Source: an uncultured Isosphaeraceae bacterium
GTDB taxonomy: Bacteria > Planctomycetota > Phycisphaerae > Phycisphaerales > SM1A02
NCBI GenBank assembly: GCA_964481025.1
Contig: CAYZSH010000001.1
Location: 2,714-66,713, forward strand
Length of the DNA stretch: 64,000 nt
Direction: 5' to 3'
In this document: positions 33,882 through 44,065 of the stretch, piece after piece
How positions within the stretch are numbered: position 1 is the first letter of the stretch
Layout of the letters: each line of letters opens with the position of its first letter
Notes under the pieces: generated by a model
The model's database searches: none
Told to the model about the DNA's origin: nothing
What the model saw: the letters and a program-made list of their open reading frames with translations, nothing else
Program-made: the position numbers and the translations under genes

Positions 33882-34847
33882 ATGACCGCGTCACCCCGCT
33901 CCGAACGCCCGCTCGTCGTCCGCACCGAACACCTTGATGTCGGCGCCGAGACGTGGCTCGCCGAGCGATGCGAGGTCGTCGCGATGGGCGTGGACGAGCC
34001 GGGCTTCGCCGACCGCGTCGACGAGATCGAAGCGCTTGTGGTTCGAACGTACACCATCGTCGATGACACGCTGCTCGATCGACTTCCCGCGCTGCGGGTG
34101 GTGGCCCGCGCCGGCGTCGGTCTCGACAACATCGACGTTCCAGCGTGTCGCCGCCGCGGCATCGAGGTCGTGTACACGCCGGATGCGAACACGCAGGCGG
34201 TGGTCGAGTACGTCACGTGTCTCGTGTGCGACGCGCTTCGCCCTCGAGTGCTGCTCGACGGCCCGGTGGACAAGGCCCGCTGGAGCGAGATCCGCGAGGA
34301 GATCTGTGGCGCGTGGCAGATGAACGAACTCGTGCTCGGGATCCTCGGATTCGGACGCATCGGGCGACGCGTCGCCGAAGTCGCCCGGGCGATCGGCTTC
34401 ACGGTCATCTTCCATGATCTCATCGACGTGCCGGAACACGACCGCCGCGGCGCGGACGCCGTGTCCATGGACACCCTGCTCGCCGAGAGCGACGTCCTGA
34501 CGATCCATGTGGACGGTCGTGACGCGAATCACGGACTCATCGACCGCGGCATGCTCGGCCGGATGAAGTCCGATGCGATCCTCATCAACACCAGCCGCGG
34601 GTTCGTGATCGACGAATCGGCGCTGGCCGCGTGGCTTCGCGACAACCCGACGGCGCTCGCGATTCTCGACGTCCACGCGACCGAGCCGTTCACCGACGCC
34701 GACCCGCTCCTCGGCCTGCCCAACGCCCATCTCGCCCCGCATCTGGCCAGCAGGACGACGACCGCGATGGCGAACATGAGCTGGGTGGTCAAGGACGTCT
34801 GGCGAGTCTTGGAAGGCGAGGCCCCTCAACACCCCGCCGCCGAATGA
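33882..34847 (+). CDS. D-isomer-specific 2-hydroxyacid dehydrogenase (phosphoglycerate dehydrogenase-like)
   Basis: 321 aa with NAD motif GILGFGRIGRRVA, NTSRGFVIDESAL, LDVHATEP, and catalytic His in APHLAS. Confidence 0.85.
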   Translation: MTASPRSERPLVVRTEHLDVGAETWLAERCEVVAMGVDEPGFADRVDEIEALVVRTYTIVDDTLLDRLPALRVVARAGVGLDNIDVPACRRRGIEVVYTPDANTQAVVEYVTCLVCDALRPRVLLDGPVDKARWSEIREEICGAWQMNELVLGILGFGRIGRRVAEVARAIGFTVIFHDLIDVPEHDRRGADAVSMDTLLAESDVLTIHVDGRDANHGLIDRGMLGRMKSDAILINTSRGFVIDESALAAWLRDNPTALAILDVHATEPFTDADPLLGLPNAHLAPHLASRTTTAMANMSWVVKDVWRVLEGEAPQHPAAE

Positions 34848-36299
<1,452 letters not shown>

Positions 36300-36303
36300 A
36301 GCC

Positions 36304-37932
36304 GTGCATCCGTCCCGACGTCTGCTCTTGAAGCACCTCGTGTCCCGCGGCCCTGCCGCGGCGCCGAGTGATGGGCTCGTGTCGACCCCGCCCGACGGAG
36401 CCCGGGGCATCCTGTGGTCCGAAGCCGAGCCTCGGGCACGTCGGCTTGCCGCCGCCTTGTCCGGTCTCGGCGTCGGCGCCGGCCAACCCGTCGCCACGCT
36501 TGCGTTCAACGACCATCGGCATCTCGACGCCTACCTCGCGGTGCCCTGCCTCGGTGCGATCATCCATCCTGTGAACGTGCGATGGCGGGATGACGAGATC
36601 GTCCCCGTGCTCGAGCAGACGCGGGACCGGATCGCGTTCGTCGATGCGACGCTCGCGCCGCGGATGTCGGTGCTCCTGCAACGGTGCCCGTGGATCGAGG
36701 TCGTGATCGGACTCGGCCCTTGGGCCGCCGAGGATCGCGCGGCCCTCGGATCGACCGCGTTCCACGATCACGACGAGCTCATCGCGCGATCCGATCCGAT
36801 CGCCGAATGGCCCGATCCGGATGAAACCGCCACGATGGCGTACTGCTCGACGAGCGGTACGACCGGCGGTCCCAAGACCGTGGCCTACACGCATCGTTCG
36901 ACGTGTCTTCAGACGATGGCCCTCGGTCTCACGGACTGCATGCGACTCTCGGGCCGCGACACCGTGCTCGCGATCGTGCCGATGTTCCACGCCCTCGGGT
37001 GGTGCCTGCCGTATGCCGCGGCGATGCTCGGGTCACGTCTCGTGCTCCCCCATCGCGATCTCGCCCCCGAACGCATCCTCGACCTCGTCTCGGAACACGG
37101 CGTGACGACCGCAGCGGCGGTCCCCACGATCTGGAACGGCGTGCTCAAGGCCCTCGATGCGAATCCCGGCCGATGGAACGTCGCGACGCTCGATCGCATC
37201 GTCTCGGGCGGCGCGGCGCCGACCGCCGCGATGATCCGCGGATTCCGCGACCGTCACGGCATCGAGGTCATCCACTCGTGGGGCATGACCGAGATCAACC
37301 CCGTCGGCACGATGTCGCCCGCCGCGACGACCCGCGAGGAGTCGGCGATGACCGCGGACGAGCGACTCGACCATCAGACCGTTGCAGGCCGCCCGCTGCC
37401 GGGGCTGGCGCTGCATCTTGAGGACGACGAGGGCCGCGCGGTTCCGCACGACGGCGAATCAACGGGACGCCTGCTCGTCTCCGGCTGGTGGGTCGCCGAC
37501 GGGTACCTGCACGATCACGCCGAGTCGCCGCGGTTCCGGGACGACGGACGTCTCGAGACCGGTGACGTCGCGTCGATCGACGATCGCGGCCGGCTTCGCA
37601 TCCGCGACCGTGAAAAGGACCTGATCAAGTCGGGCGGTGAGTGGATCTCGAGTCTCGAACTCGATCGCGCGATCGGTGACCTCCCCGAGGTCGCGGCCGC
37701 GGCGGTCGTCGCCCGTCCCGATCCTCGCTGGGGCGAACGCCCCGTGGTGGTGATCGTGACCGCGACCGGCGCGTCGCCGTTGACGATCGAACGACTCCGA
37801 GCCGCGTTGGCGGACCGCTTCCAGTCCTGGCAGATTCCGGACGCGATCATCGAGATCCCGGAGATGCCGCTCACCTCGACCGGCAAGATCGACAAGAAGG
37901 CGTTGCGCCGATCGATCCCGCCCGCCGACTGA
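36304..37932 (+). CDS. AMP-dependent acyl-CoA synthetase/ligase (fatty-acid-CoA ligase family)
   Basis: 542 aa with AMP-binding motif YCSTSGTTGGPKTVAYTH, WGMTE, TGDVASIDDRGRLRIRDREKDLIKSGGEWIS, and a C-terminal TGKIDKK. GTG start lies 5 nt after the eno stop; the exact start is uncertain. Confidence 0.85.
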   Translation: MHPSRRLLLKHLVSRGPAAAPSDGLVSTPPDGARGILWSEAEPRARRLAAALSGLGVGAGQPVATLAFNDHRHLDAYLAVPCLGAIIHPVNVRWRDDEIVPVLEQTRDRIAFVDATLAPRMSVLLQRCPWIEVVIGLGPWAAEDRAALGSTAFHDHDELIARSDPIAEWPDPDETATMAYCSTSGTTGGPKTVAYTHRSTCLQTMALGLTDCMRLSGRDTVLAIVPMFHALGWCLPYAAAMLGSRLVLPHRDLAPERILDLVSEHGVTTAAAVPTIWNGVLKALDANPGRWNVATLDRIVSGGAAPTAAMIRGFRDRHGIEVIHSWGMTEINPVGTMSPAATTREESAMTADERLDHQTVAGRPLPGLALHLEDDEGRAVPHDGESTGRLLVSGWWVADGYLHDHAESPRFRDDGRLETGDVASIDDRGRLRIRDREKDLIKSGGEWISSLELDRAIGDLPEVAAAAVVARPDPRWGERPVVVIVTATGASPLTIERLRAALADRFQSWQIPDAIIEIPEMPLTSTGKIDKKALRRSIPPAD

Positions 37933-38002
37933 ATCCGGCCACCCGCATCCGAGAGAATCTGGGAGAATCCCGGCTTCGCCCCGAGGCCTGCGCCTCGTCT
38001 GG

Positions 38003-39865
38003 ATGCTTGCCGTGACTCCGCCGTCCGACTCGACCGTGCCGAACCGTCGCCTCTTCCGAGGGATGTGGGATCTCATGGCCGGCGATCGGATCCGCTACGG
38101 CGCCGCCCTCGGCTCGCTGCTCGTCGCCGCCGGCCTCCTCTATCTCGTGCCCCTCGTGCCGCAGGCCGTGATGGATGTCGTCTTTCTCGGGGAAGCGACA
38201 CGGGCGTCGGCGGTCTCGCGGGGCGTGATCGATCTGCTCGGCGGCACCGACGCGGTCTCCGCCCAGCCGTGGCGACCGATTCCGCTGATCGCGATGGTCG
38301 CTCTGACCGCAGGCGTGTTCACGTACTGGCGACAGCGATGGTCGGCGATCGCCAGCCAGAACGTCGCCAAGCGGATCCGCGACCGCCTGCAGGATCGCAT
38401 CCAGCGACTCGACATGCGGGCGTACGACGCGCTCGATCGAGGCGATCTCCTCCAGCGCTGCACGAGCGACGTCGATACCGCGCAGACGTTCCTTTCGATG
38501 CAGGTCGTCGAGGTCGGCCGCGCGTTGGTGATGCTGATGGTCGCCATCCCCCTCATGTTCGCGCTCGACCTGCGAATGGCGGTCGCGGCGATCTGGCTCC
38601 TCCCCGTCATCGTCGGATTCTCGTTCTTCTACTTCCGCCGCGTGCGATCGATGTTCCGCGAGAAGGACGAGGCCGAGGGGCGACTCACCGCGGCGGTGAC
38701 CGACAACCTCGTCGGCATCCGCGTGGTCCGCGCCTTCAACCGGCAGGACTTCGAGATCGAGCGGTTCCATCCCCGCAACGACGAGCACCGGCAGCTCGAC
38801 GCCGCCCTGTACCGGATCTTCGCGTCCTTCTGGGCGACGAGCGATCTTCTCTGCTTCATGCAGCAGGCGTCGGTGGTCATGGTCGGGGCGTGGCTGCTCG
38901 CGACCGACCGCATCCTCGTCGGCGAGTTCTACTTCTTCTTCGCCGCGGTCGGGCTCTATCTGTGGCCGGTCCGCATGGCGGGCCGAATCGTCGCGGAGTT
39001 CGGGAAGGCGACGGTCGCGATCGACCGCATCGAGGAGATCCTCGCGCTGCCCGTCGAGACGGATGATCCTGCCGCCGCACAAGCACCCGTTCCCGCGAAC
39101 GGCTCGATCGACCTGCGGGGCATCTCCTTCGCCTACGCACCCGACACGCCGATTCTTCGCGACATCGACCTTTCGATCGCCGACGGCGAGACCGTCGCGA
39201 TCGTCGGCCCGTCGGGCTGCGGGAAATCCACGCTCGTCCAGCTCCTGCTCCGCTTCCACGAGCCCGATGCCGGGACGATCGAACTCGGCGGCATCGACAT
39301 CCGTCGACTGCCGCGGCACGATCTCCGGACCCGGATAGCGGCGGTCCTGCAGCAGCCGTTCCTGTTCAGTCGTTCGATCCGCGAGAACATTCTCCTCGCC
39401 GACCCCGCCGCCGATCAGGGCAGCATCGAGATCGCGACCGGCGAGGCGTGCATCCATGAGTCGATCATGCGGTTCGAATCCGGCTACGAGACGATGGTCG
39501 GCGAGCGAGGCGTGACGCTGTCGGGCGGACAGCGGCAGCGGATCGCGATCGCGCAGGCGATGCTTCAGGAGCCCCTGGTCCTCGCGCTCGACGACGCCCT
39601 GTCGGCGGTCGACACCGGAACCGAGCGGGCGATCCTCGACGCGATCCGCGCCCGCCGGGGCCGACACACGACGATCGTCATCGCGCACCGTCTCTCGACG
39701 CTTCGCGAGGCGGACCGGATCGTCGTCATGTCCGCGGACGGTCGCATCGACGCGATGGGCACGCATGCCGAGCTGCTCGATCGCCCGGGGCTCTATCACC
39801 GCCTCTGGGACATCCAGCGCGACCTCGAATCGGAGTCGGCGGTGCCGGGGGAGACCGTGCGATGA
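38003..39865 (+). CDS. ABC exporter, fused permease/ATPase (MdlA/type-1 exporter half-transporter)
   Basis: About 600 aa with a 6-TM domain, then Walker A GPSGCGKST, signature LSGGQRQRIAIA, and Walker B LALDDALSAVD. An alternative start is MWDLMAGD near 38063. Confidence 0.88.
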   Translation: MLAVTPPSDSTVPNRRLFRGMWDLMAGDRIRYGAALGSLLVAAGLLYLVPLVPQAVMDVVFLGEATRASAVSRGVIDLLGGTDAVSAQPWRPIPLIAMVALTAGVFTYWRQRWSAIASQNVAKRIRDRLQDRIQRLDMRAYDALDRGDLLQRCTSDVDTAQTFLSMQVVEVGRALVMLMVAIPLMFALDLRMAVAAIWLLPVIVGFSFFYFRRVRSMFREKDEAEGRLTAAVTDNLVGIRVVRAFNRQDFEIERFHPRNDEHRQLDAALYRIFASFWATSDLLCFMQQASVVMVGAWLLATDRILVGEFYFFFAAVGLYLWPVRMAGRIVAEFGKATVAIDRIEEILALPVETDDPAAAQAPVPANGSIDLRGISFAYAPDTPILRDIDLSIADGETVAIVGPSGCGKSTLVQLLLRFHEPDAGTIELGGIDIRRLPRHDLRTRIAAVLQQPFLFSRSIRENILLADPAADQGSIEIATGEACIHESIMRFESGYETMVGERGVTLSGGQRQRIAIAQAMLQEPLVLALDDALSAVDTGTERAILDAIRARRGRHTTIVIAHRLSTLREADRIVVMSADGRIDAMGTHAELLDRPGLYHRLWDIQRDLESESAVPGETVR

Positions 39866-41736
39866 GCGTGGATCCGGCCATCGACGACGACCTCACCGTC
39901 AAGCGGGTCGACTGGCGGCTGTGGCGACGCATCATCGGCCACCTCCGTCCGCATCCACGTCCGGTCGCGGTCATGATCGGTGGCGGCACGATGCTCGCGG
40001 CGATCGAGGTCTGCCTTCCGCTGGTGACCGCGCGGATCATCGACCTGGCGAGCCACGCCGACGGACCTGACGGCGGATCATCGATCCCGGCCTGGGGCGT
40101 GCTCTACGGCGGCATGCTCGCGGTCTTCGCCCTGCTCGTCTTCCTGTTCATCCGGGCCGCGGGCACGCTCGCCACCGGCGTCGCGTTCGACCTGCGGCGA
40201 GCGTGCTTCGCGCGGCTCCAGTCGCTTCCCTTCTCGTACTTCGACGTCCGTTCGACCGGCTGGCTCGTGGCTCGCGTGACCAGCGACGTCACCAAGGTCA
40301 CCGGCCTGCTGCCCTGGTTCCTGCTCGACCTCTTCTGGGGGTCGTGCATGCTGATCGGCATCCTGACCGCGATGTTCGCCGTGCAACCGGGACTCGCCCT
40401 CGCGGTCTCGGTGATCGTGCCACCGCTGGCGCTGGCGACCTGGTGGTTCAAGCGTCGGATGCTGCATTCGAGCCGACGGATCCGCCGCGCGAATTCGAAG
40501 ATCACGGCGACCTACAACGAGTCGATCGCGGGCGTGCGCACGACCCGCATGCTCGCCCGCGAGGAAGGCGCCGCCGCGGAGTTCCGCGAGCTCAGCGGCG
40601 AGATGCGGTTCTGGACGGTACGAAACGCCCTGCAGTCGGCGGTGTATCTGCCGATCGTGATGAGCCTGGGGTCGATCGGCGTCGGGCTCGCCCTCTGGGC
40701 GGGCGGCGTGCAGGTGCGGGACGAGACCGGGCTCACGCTCGGCACGCTCATCGCATTCATGCAGTACGCGGTGCTCTTCAGCCAGCCGGTTCAGGAACTC
40801 GCCCAGCGGTTCGTCGATCTCCAGAACGCGCAGGCCGCTGCCGAGCGGGTGCAGGAACTGATCGACGAGAAGCCGGCGATCCGGGACAGTCCGGAGGTGG
40901 CCGCCCGCATCGCTTCGGAAGCCGCGTCGCCGACCCCGGGACGCGCCCCCGACGGCGGCGCTCCGATCATAGAGTCGGTGTCCTTCGAGCGGGTCGGCCA
41001 CTGGTACGTCAAGGACGAACGGGTGCTCGACGACGTCTCGTTCACGCTCCGCCCCGGCATGACGCTTGCCCTCGTCGGACACACCGGAAGCGGCAAGTCC
41101 ACGATCGCGGGACTCCTCGCCCGCTGGTACGAGCCGAGCGAGGGCCGCATCCTCGTCAATGGCGTGGACTATCGCGATCGCGGTCTCGACTGGTGGCAGT
41201 CGCGGTTCGGCGTCGTGCAGCAGGTCCCCCACCTCTTCACCGGCACCGTGCGCGACAACGTGCGATACGGACGGCTCGATGCGACGGACGACGAGATCCG
41301 CGCCGCGCTCGCACAGGTGCACGCCCTCGGCTTCGTGGACGCGCTCAAGGCCGACGACGGCAACGCCCTCGACTTCCAGGTCGGCGAAGGCGGCGAACGC
41401 CTGTCGATCGGCCAGCGCCAACTCATCTCGCTCGCCCGGGCGTTCCTCGCCGACCCGCCGATCTTCATCATGGACGAGGCGACGAGTTCGGTGGATGCCG
41501 AGACCGAATCGGCCATCCAGGACGCGGTCGAATCGATCCTCGCCAACCGCATCTCGGTCGTGATCGCCCACCGGCTGAGCACGATCCGCCGCGCGGACCT
41601 GATCCTGCTTCTCGATCAAGGCTGCATCGTCGAACAGGGAAGCCACGCCGAACTCATGAAGCTCGAAGACGGCCGCTATCGCCGGCTCTACCTCGATCAG
41701 TTCGTGGACGAAGCCGAGCGCCGCGTGCTGGGGTGA
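39862..41736 (+). CDS. ABC exporter, fused permease/ATPase (partner half-transporter)
   Basis: 624 aa. The start overlaps the upstream stop (ATGA). Walker A GHTGSGKST, signature LSIGQRQLISLA, Walker B FIMDEATSSVD. Confidence 0.9.
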   Translation: MSVDPAIDDDLTVKRVDWRLWRRIIGHLRPHPRPVAVMIGGGTMLAAIEVCLPLVTARIIDLASHADGPDGGSSIPAWGVLYGGMLAVFALLVFLFIRAAGTLATGVAFDLRRACFARLQSLPFSYFDVRSTGWLVARVTSDVTKVTGLLPWFLLDLFWGSCMLIGILTAMFAVQPGLALAVSVIVPPLALATWWFKRRMLHSSRRIRRANSKITATYNESIAGVRTTRMLAREEGAAAEFRELSGEMRFWTVRNALQSAVYLPIVMSLGSIGVGLALWAGGVQVRDETGLTLGTLIAFMQYAVLFSQPVQELAQRFVDLQNAQAAAERVQELIDEKPAIRDSPEVAARIASEAASPTPGRAPDGGAPIIESVSFERVGHWYVKDERVLDDVSFTLRPGMTLALVGHTGSGKSTIAGLLARWYEPSEGRILVNGVDYRDRGLDWWQSRFGVVQQVPHLFTGTVRDNVRYGRLDATDDEIRAALAQVHALGFVDALKADDGNALDFQVGEGGERLSIGQRQLISLARAFLADPPIFIMDEATSSVDAETESAIQDAVESILANRISVVIAHRLSTIRRADLILLLDQGCIVEQGSHAELMKLEDGRYRRLYLDQFVDEAERRVLG

Positions 41737-41740
41737 GTTT

Positions 41741-41921
41741 CACCACGGAGGGCACGGAGCCGCACAGAGGGCCACGGAGGGGGACATGGCGCAGACTTGA
41801 ACTCGGTGCGTTCGCAGGCTCGCGACGAGAGGGACAGATTCCTGCTCAGGCCATCGTGTTCACGCATGCAACCCAAACTCCCCTCCGTGGCCCTCCGTGT
41901 CCCTCCGTGCTCTCCGTGGTA
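41741..41921. repeat. Palindromic intergenic repeat, copy A: 4x CACGGAG arm, ~95-bp core, 4x CTCCGTG arm
   Basis: The left arm (41741-41785) is caccacggagggcacggagccgcacagagggccacggaggggga. The right arm (41881-41920) is its near reverse complement. The element starts 5 nt after the ABC exporter stop and ends 17 nt before the convergent stop at 41938. Confidence 0.85.
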
Positions 41922-41937
41922 ACCAGCCGCAATGAAC

Positions 41938-42306
41938 TCAGCCGTCGCCGGGGCCGACGATTCCCAGCAGCGCCTCGGACTCGCCGAGCACGCGGCCGAT
42001 GCCGACGAGTTCGCCGAGATCCTCGGTCGAGAGGCAGCAGGCGATCGAGCGGAGCACCATCTGGGCGTAGGCCTCGCCGATGCCCATGCGACCGGCATCG
42101 GCCCAGCTGCGGCGGAGCCCGGCGATGCCTGCGAGCGAGAACGCCAGCGTCCCGCGGACCGCGGCGGGTGCGGCTTTCACGCGCACCTTGAGTTCGGCCT
42201 CGTCGAGCTGACCCATGAGTTCGATGTCGAGTCGGACCTGATCGACGACCCGCTTCTCGGCCGCATCCAGGATCGCCTCGATCGCCTGGGGATCGATGTC
42301 ACGCAT
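41938..42306 (-). CDS. Hypothetical protein (122 aa) downstream of, and overlapping, ccsA
   Basis: The ATG at 42306 overlaps the ccsA stop by 8 nt. The composition is helical and protein-like (MRDIDPQAIEAILDAAEKRVVDQVRLDIELMGQLDEAELKV...). I recognised no family. Confidence 0.55.
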   Translation of the reverse strand: MRDIDPQAIEAILDAAEKRVVDQVRLDIELMGQLDEAELKVRVKAAPAAVRGTLAFSLAGIAGLRRSWADAGRMGIGEAYAQMVLRSIACCLSTEDLGELVGIGRVLGESEALLGIVGPGDG

Positions 42307-44065
42307 ACGAGTGCAGTCCCGAGATGACGAAGTTGATGACGATCCAGTTGAAGAGCATCACGGCGCAGCCGATCACCGCGAGGATCGCGGTCCAGAGACC
42401 CTTGTCCCGGGCCTTGAGTCGGACGTGCACGAGGATCGCGAAGATGACGAACGTGTTGAGGGCGAAGACCTCCTTCGGGTCCCAGCCCCACGGCCGACCC
42501 CACGAGTGATCGGCCCAGATCGCCCCCATCACGATGCCCGCCCAGAGCAGCACGAAACTCAGTTCCATGAGCAGCATCGTGGTGCCGTCGAGAATCTCGC
42601 CGAAGCGTTCACGGCGCCTGGCAGGCGTCGAATCGTCGTCGAGATCCGCAAGGGTGTGGCCGTCGGGGCCCGCGAGCACCAACGCCCCCGCCCCGCCGGC
42701 CCGGGCGTAGACCGCCTTGCCGCCGATCAGTCGGTACGCGAGATACATCGCCGCCGTCACCGACGCCATGAAGATCAGGGCGTAGCTGAAGATGATGACG
42801 TTGGTGTGGATGTACAGCCACACGTCGTGCAGCACCGGCATCATGTTCGAGATGTTCGGGTTCAGGTAGACCGGGAGGAAGTGCGCGGTCATGAGTGCGA
42901 CCATCGCGGTCGCCGCCGAACCGAGCGGCAGCAGACCTCGGAACGACGTGCGTCGCAACCAGACCAGTTCGAGCAGCACCGCGCAGAGCACGCCGAACCA
43001 GCTCGCGGTCGTGACCGCCTCGAACATGTTCGAGTTCGGCCACCGTCCGCTGATCCACCAGCGAAGCCCGACCGCGAAGGTCTGGAACGCGAACGACCCG
43101 AGGAAGATCGTCATGCCGGTCCACATCGCCCACCGCCAGCGATAGACGGTGCCGAGAAGCAGCAGAACGATGGAGAACATGTAGAGCAGCCAACCCCGGG
43201 TGAGCTGATCGGATTCGAAGTACCAGTTCTCCCATGACAACCGCTCGACCGAGGGATACGCCTCGGGGTTGAGGGCACGGGCGTCCTCGGCCATCACCTT
43301 GACGGCCGCGTTGACCGCGGCGGCGTCCTGCGCACTCCACGCGTTGACGAGGTCCCGCCAGGCGCCCGCCAGGTGTCTCTGCGTCGCCTCGTCGAGACCG
43401 GAGATCGGCGACTGCTCGGGCAGCCCTTCGAGCGCCGCGTCGGCGACTTCGGAGTCCAGCGGCAGGAACATGATCTCGGAGAGTCCGTGCCACGCGCCGT
43501 TCTCATCACCCGGCGCGGGTGGAATCATCCGCAGTCGATCGAGAAGGAACGCCGGCGCCATCACGGCCCGCGCGGACCGGATCGCATCCACCTGCTTGGC
43601 GGTGCGGATGAGATCGCTCTCCATGCGGGAAAGGAGCGGCGTGACCTCGGGGCGATCGAGGAGATCCGGCGAGACGAGCCCCGACTTCACGAAGACCGCC
43701 ATGCGATCGGCGAGCGTCGGATCCGCACGCTCGATCGCCTCGGCGATCTGGTTGCGGACGAGCTTGTTCTTGATGTAGATGCAGTCGGCGTCGGCGTACG
43801 CGTCGGGCCGGAGCAGCAGGTCGAAGTACGTGAAGGTCGGCGACTGGCCCGCGATGTCGCGGGGTCCGCTGACCGCATCCATCATCGCGTTGGCGTGCGA
43901 GCCGAAGCTCTTGATGCGTCCCTGGACGTGCACCGCCATCGAACCGAGCGGCGAGAGGTCGAGCTGTTCGTGCCAGGCGGCGTCGTCGGCGCGGACCGAC
44001 GTCCCGAGGGTCAGGACGGCGACGAACGCGAGCAGGACGATGCGGAGTCGGTGCAGAGACGTCAT
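42299..44065 (-). CDS. ccsA: Cytochrome c biogenesis protein CcsA (System II heme handling) with long N-terminal periplasmic extension
   Basis: 588 aa. The C-terminal roughly 300 aa are polytopic and carry the Trp-rich WWD-type motif WADHSWGRPWGWDPKE plus conserved His residues. The N-terminal roughly 290 aa have a signal peptide and a soluble domain. Confidence 0.88.
   Translation of the reverse strand: MTSLHRLRIVLLAFVAVLTLGTSVRADDAAWHEQLDLSPLGSMAVHVQGRIKSFGSHANAMMDAVSGPRDIAGQSPTFTYFDLLLRPDAYADADCIYIKNKLVRNQIAEAIERADPTLADRMAVFVKSGLVSPDLLDRPEVTPLLSRMESDLIRTAKQVDAIRSARAVMAPAFLLDRLRMIPPAPGDENGAWHGLSEIMFLPLDSEVADAALEGLPEQSPISGLDEATQRHLAGAWRDLVNAWSAQDAAAVNAAVKVMAEDARALNPEAYPSVERLSWENWYFESDQLTRGWLLYMFSIVLLLLGTVYRWRWAMWTGMTIFLGSFAFQTFAVGLRWWISGRWPNSNMFEAVTTASWFGVLCAVLLELVWLRRTSFRGLLPLGSAATAMVALMTAHFLPVYLNPNISNMMPVLHDVWLYIHTNVIIFSYALIFMASVTAAMYLAYRLIGGKAVYARAGGAGALVLAGPDGHTLADLDDDSTPARRRERFGEILDGTTMLLMELSFVLLWAGIVMGAIWADHSWGRPWGWDPKEVFALNTFVIFAILVHVRLKARDKGLWTAILAVIGCAVMLFNWIVINFVISGLHSYA

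Noticed and set aside
41741-41785. CRISPR-like appearance of the CACGGAG arrays
   Set aside because: The units are 7-nt cores with 2-4-nt spacers, only four per arm. Each arm has an inverted copy about 100 bp away, and no cas genes are present. This is a palindromic repeat element, not a CRISPR array.
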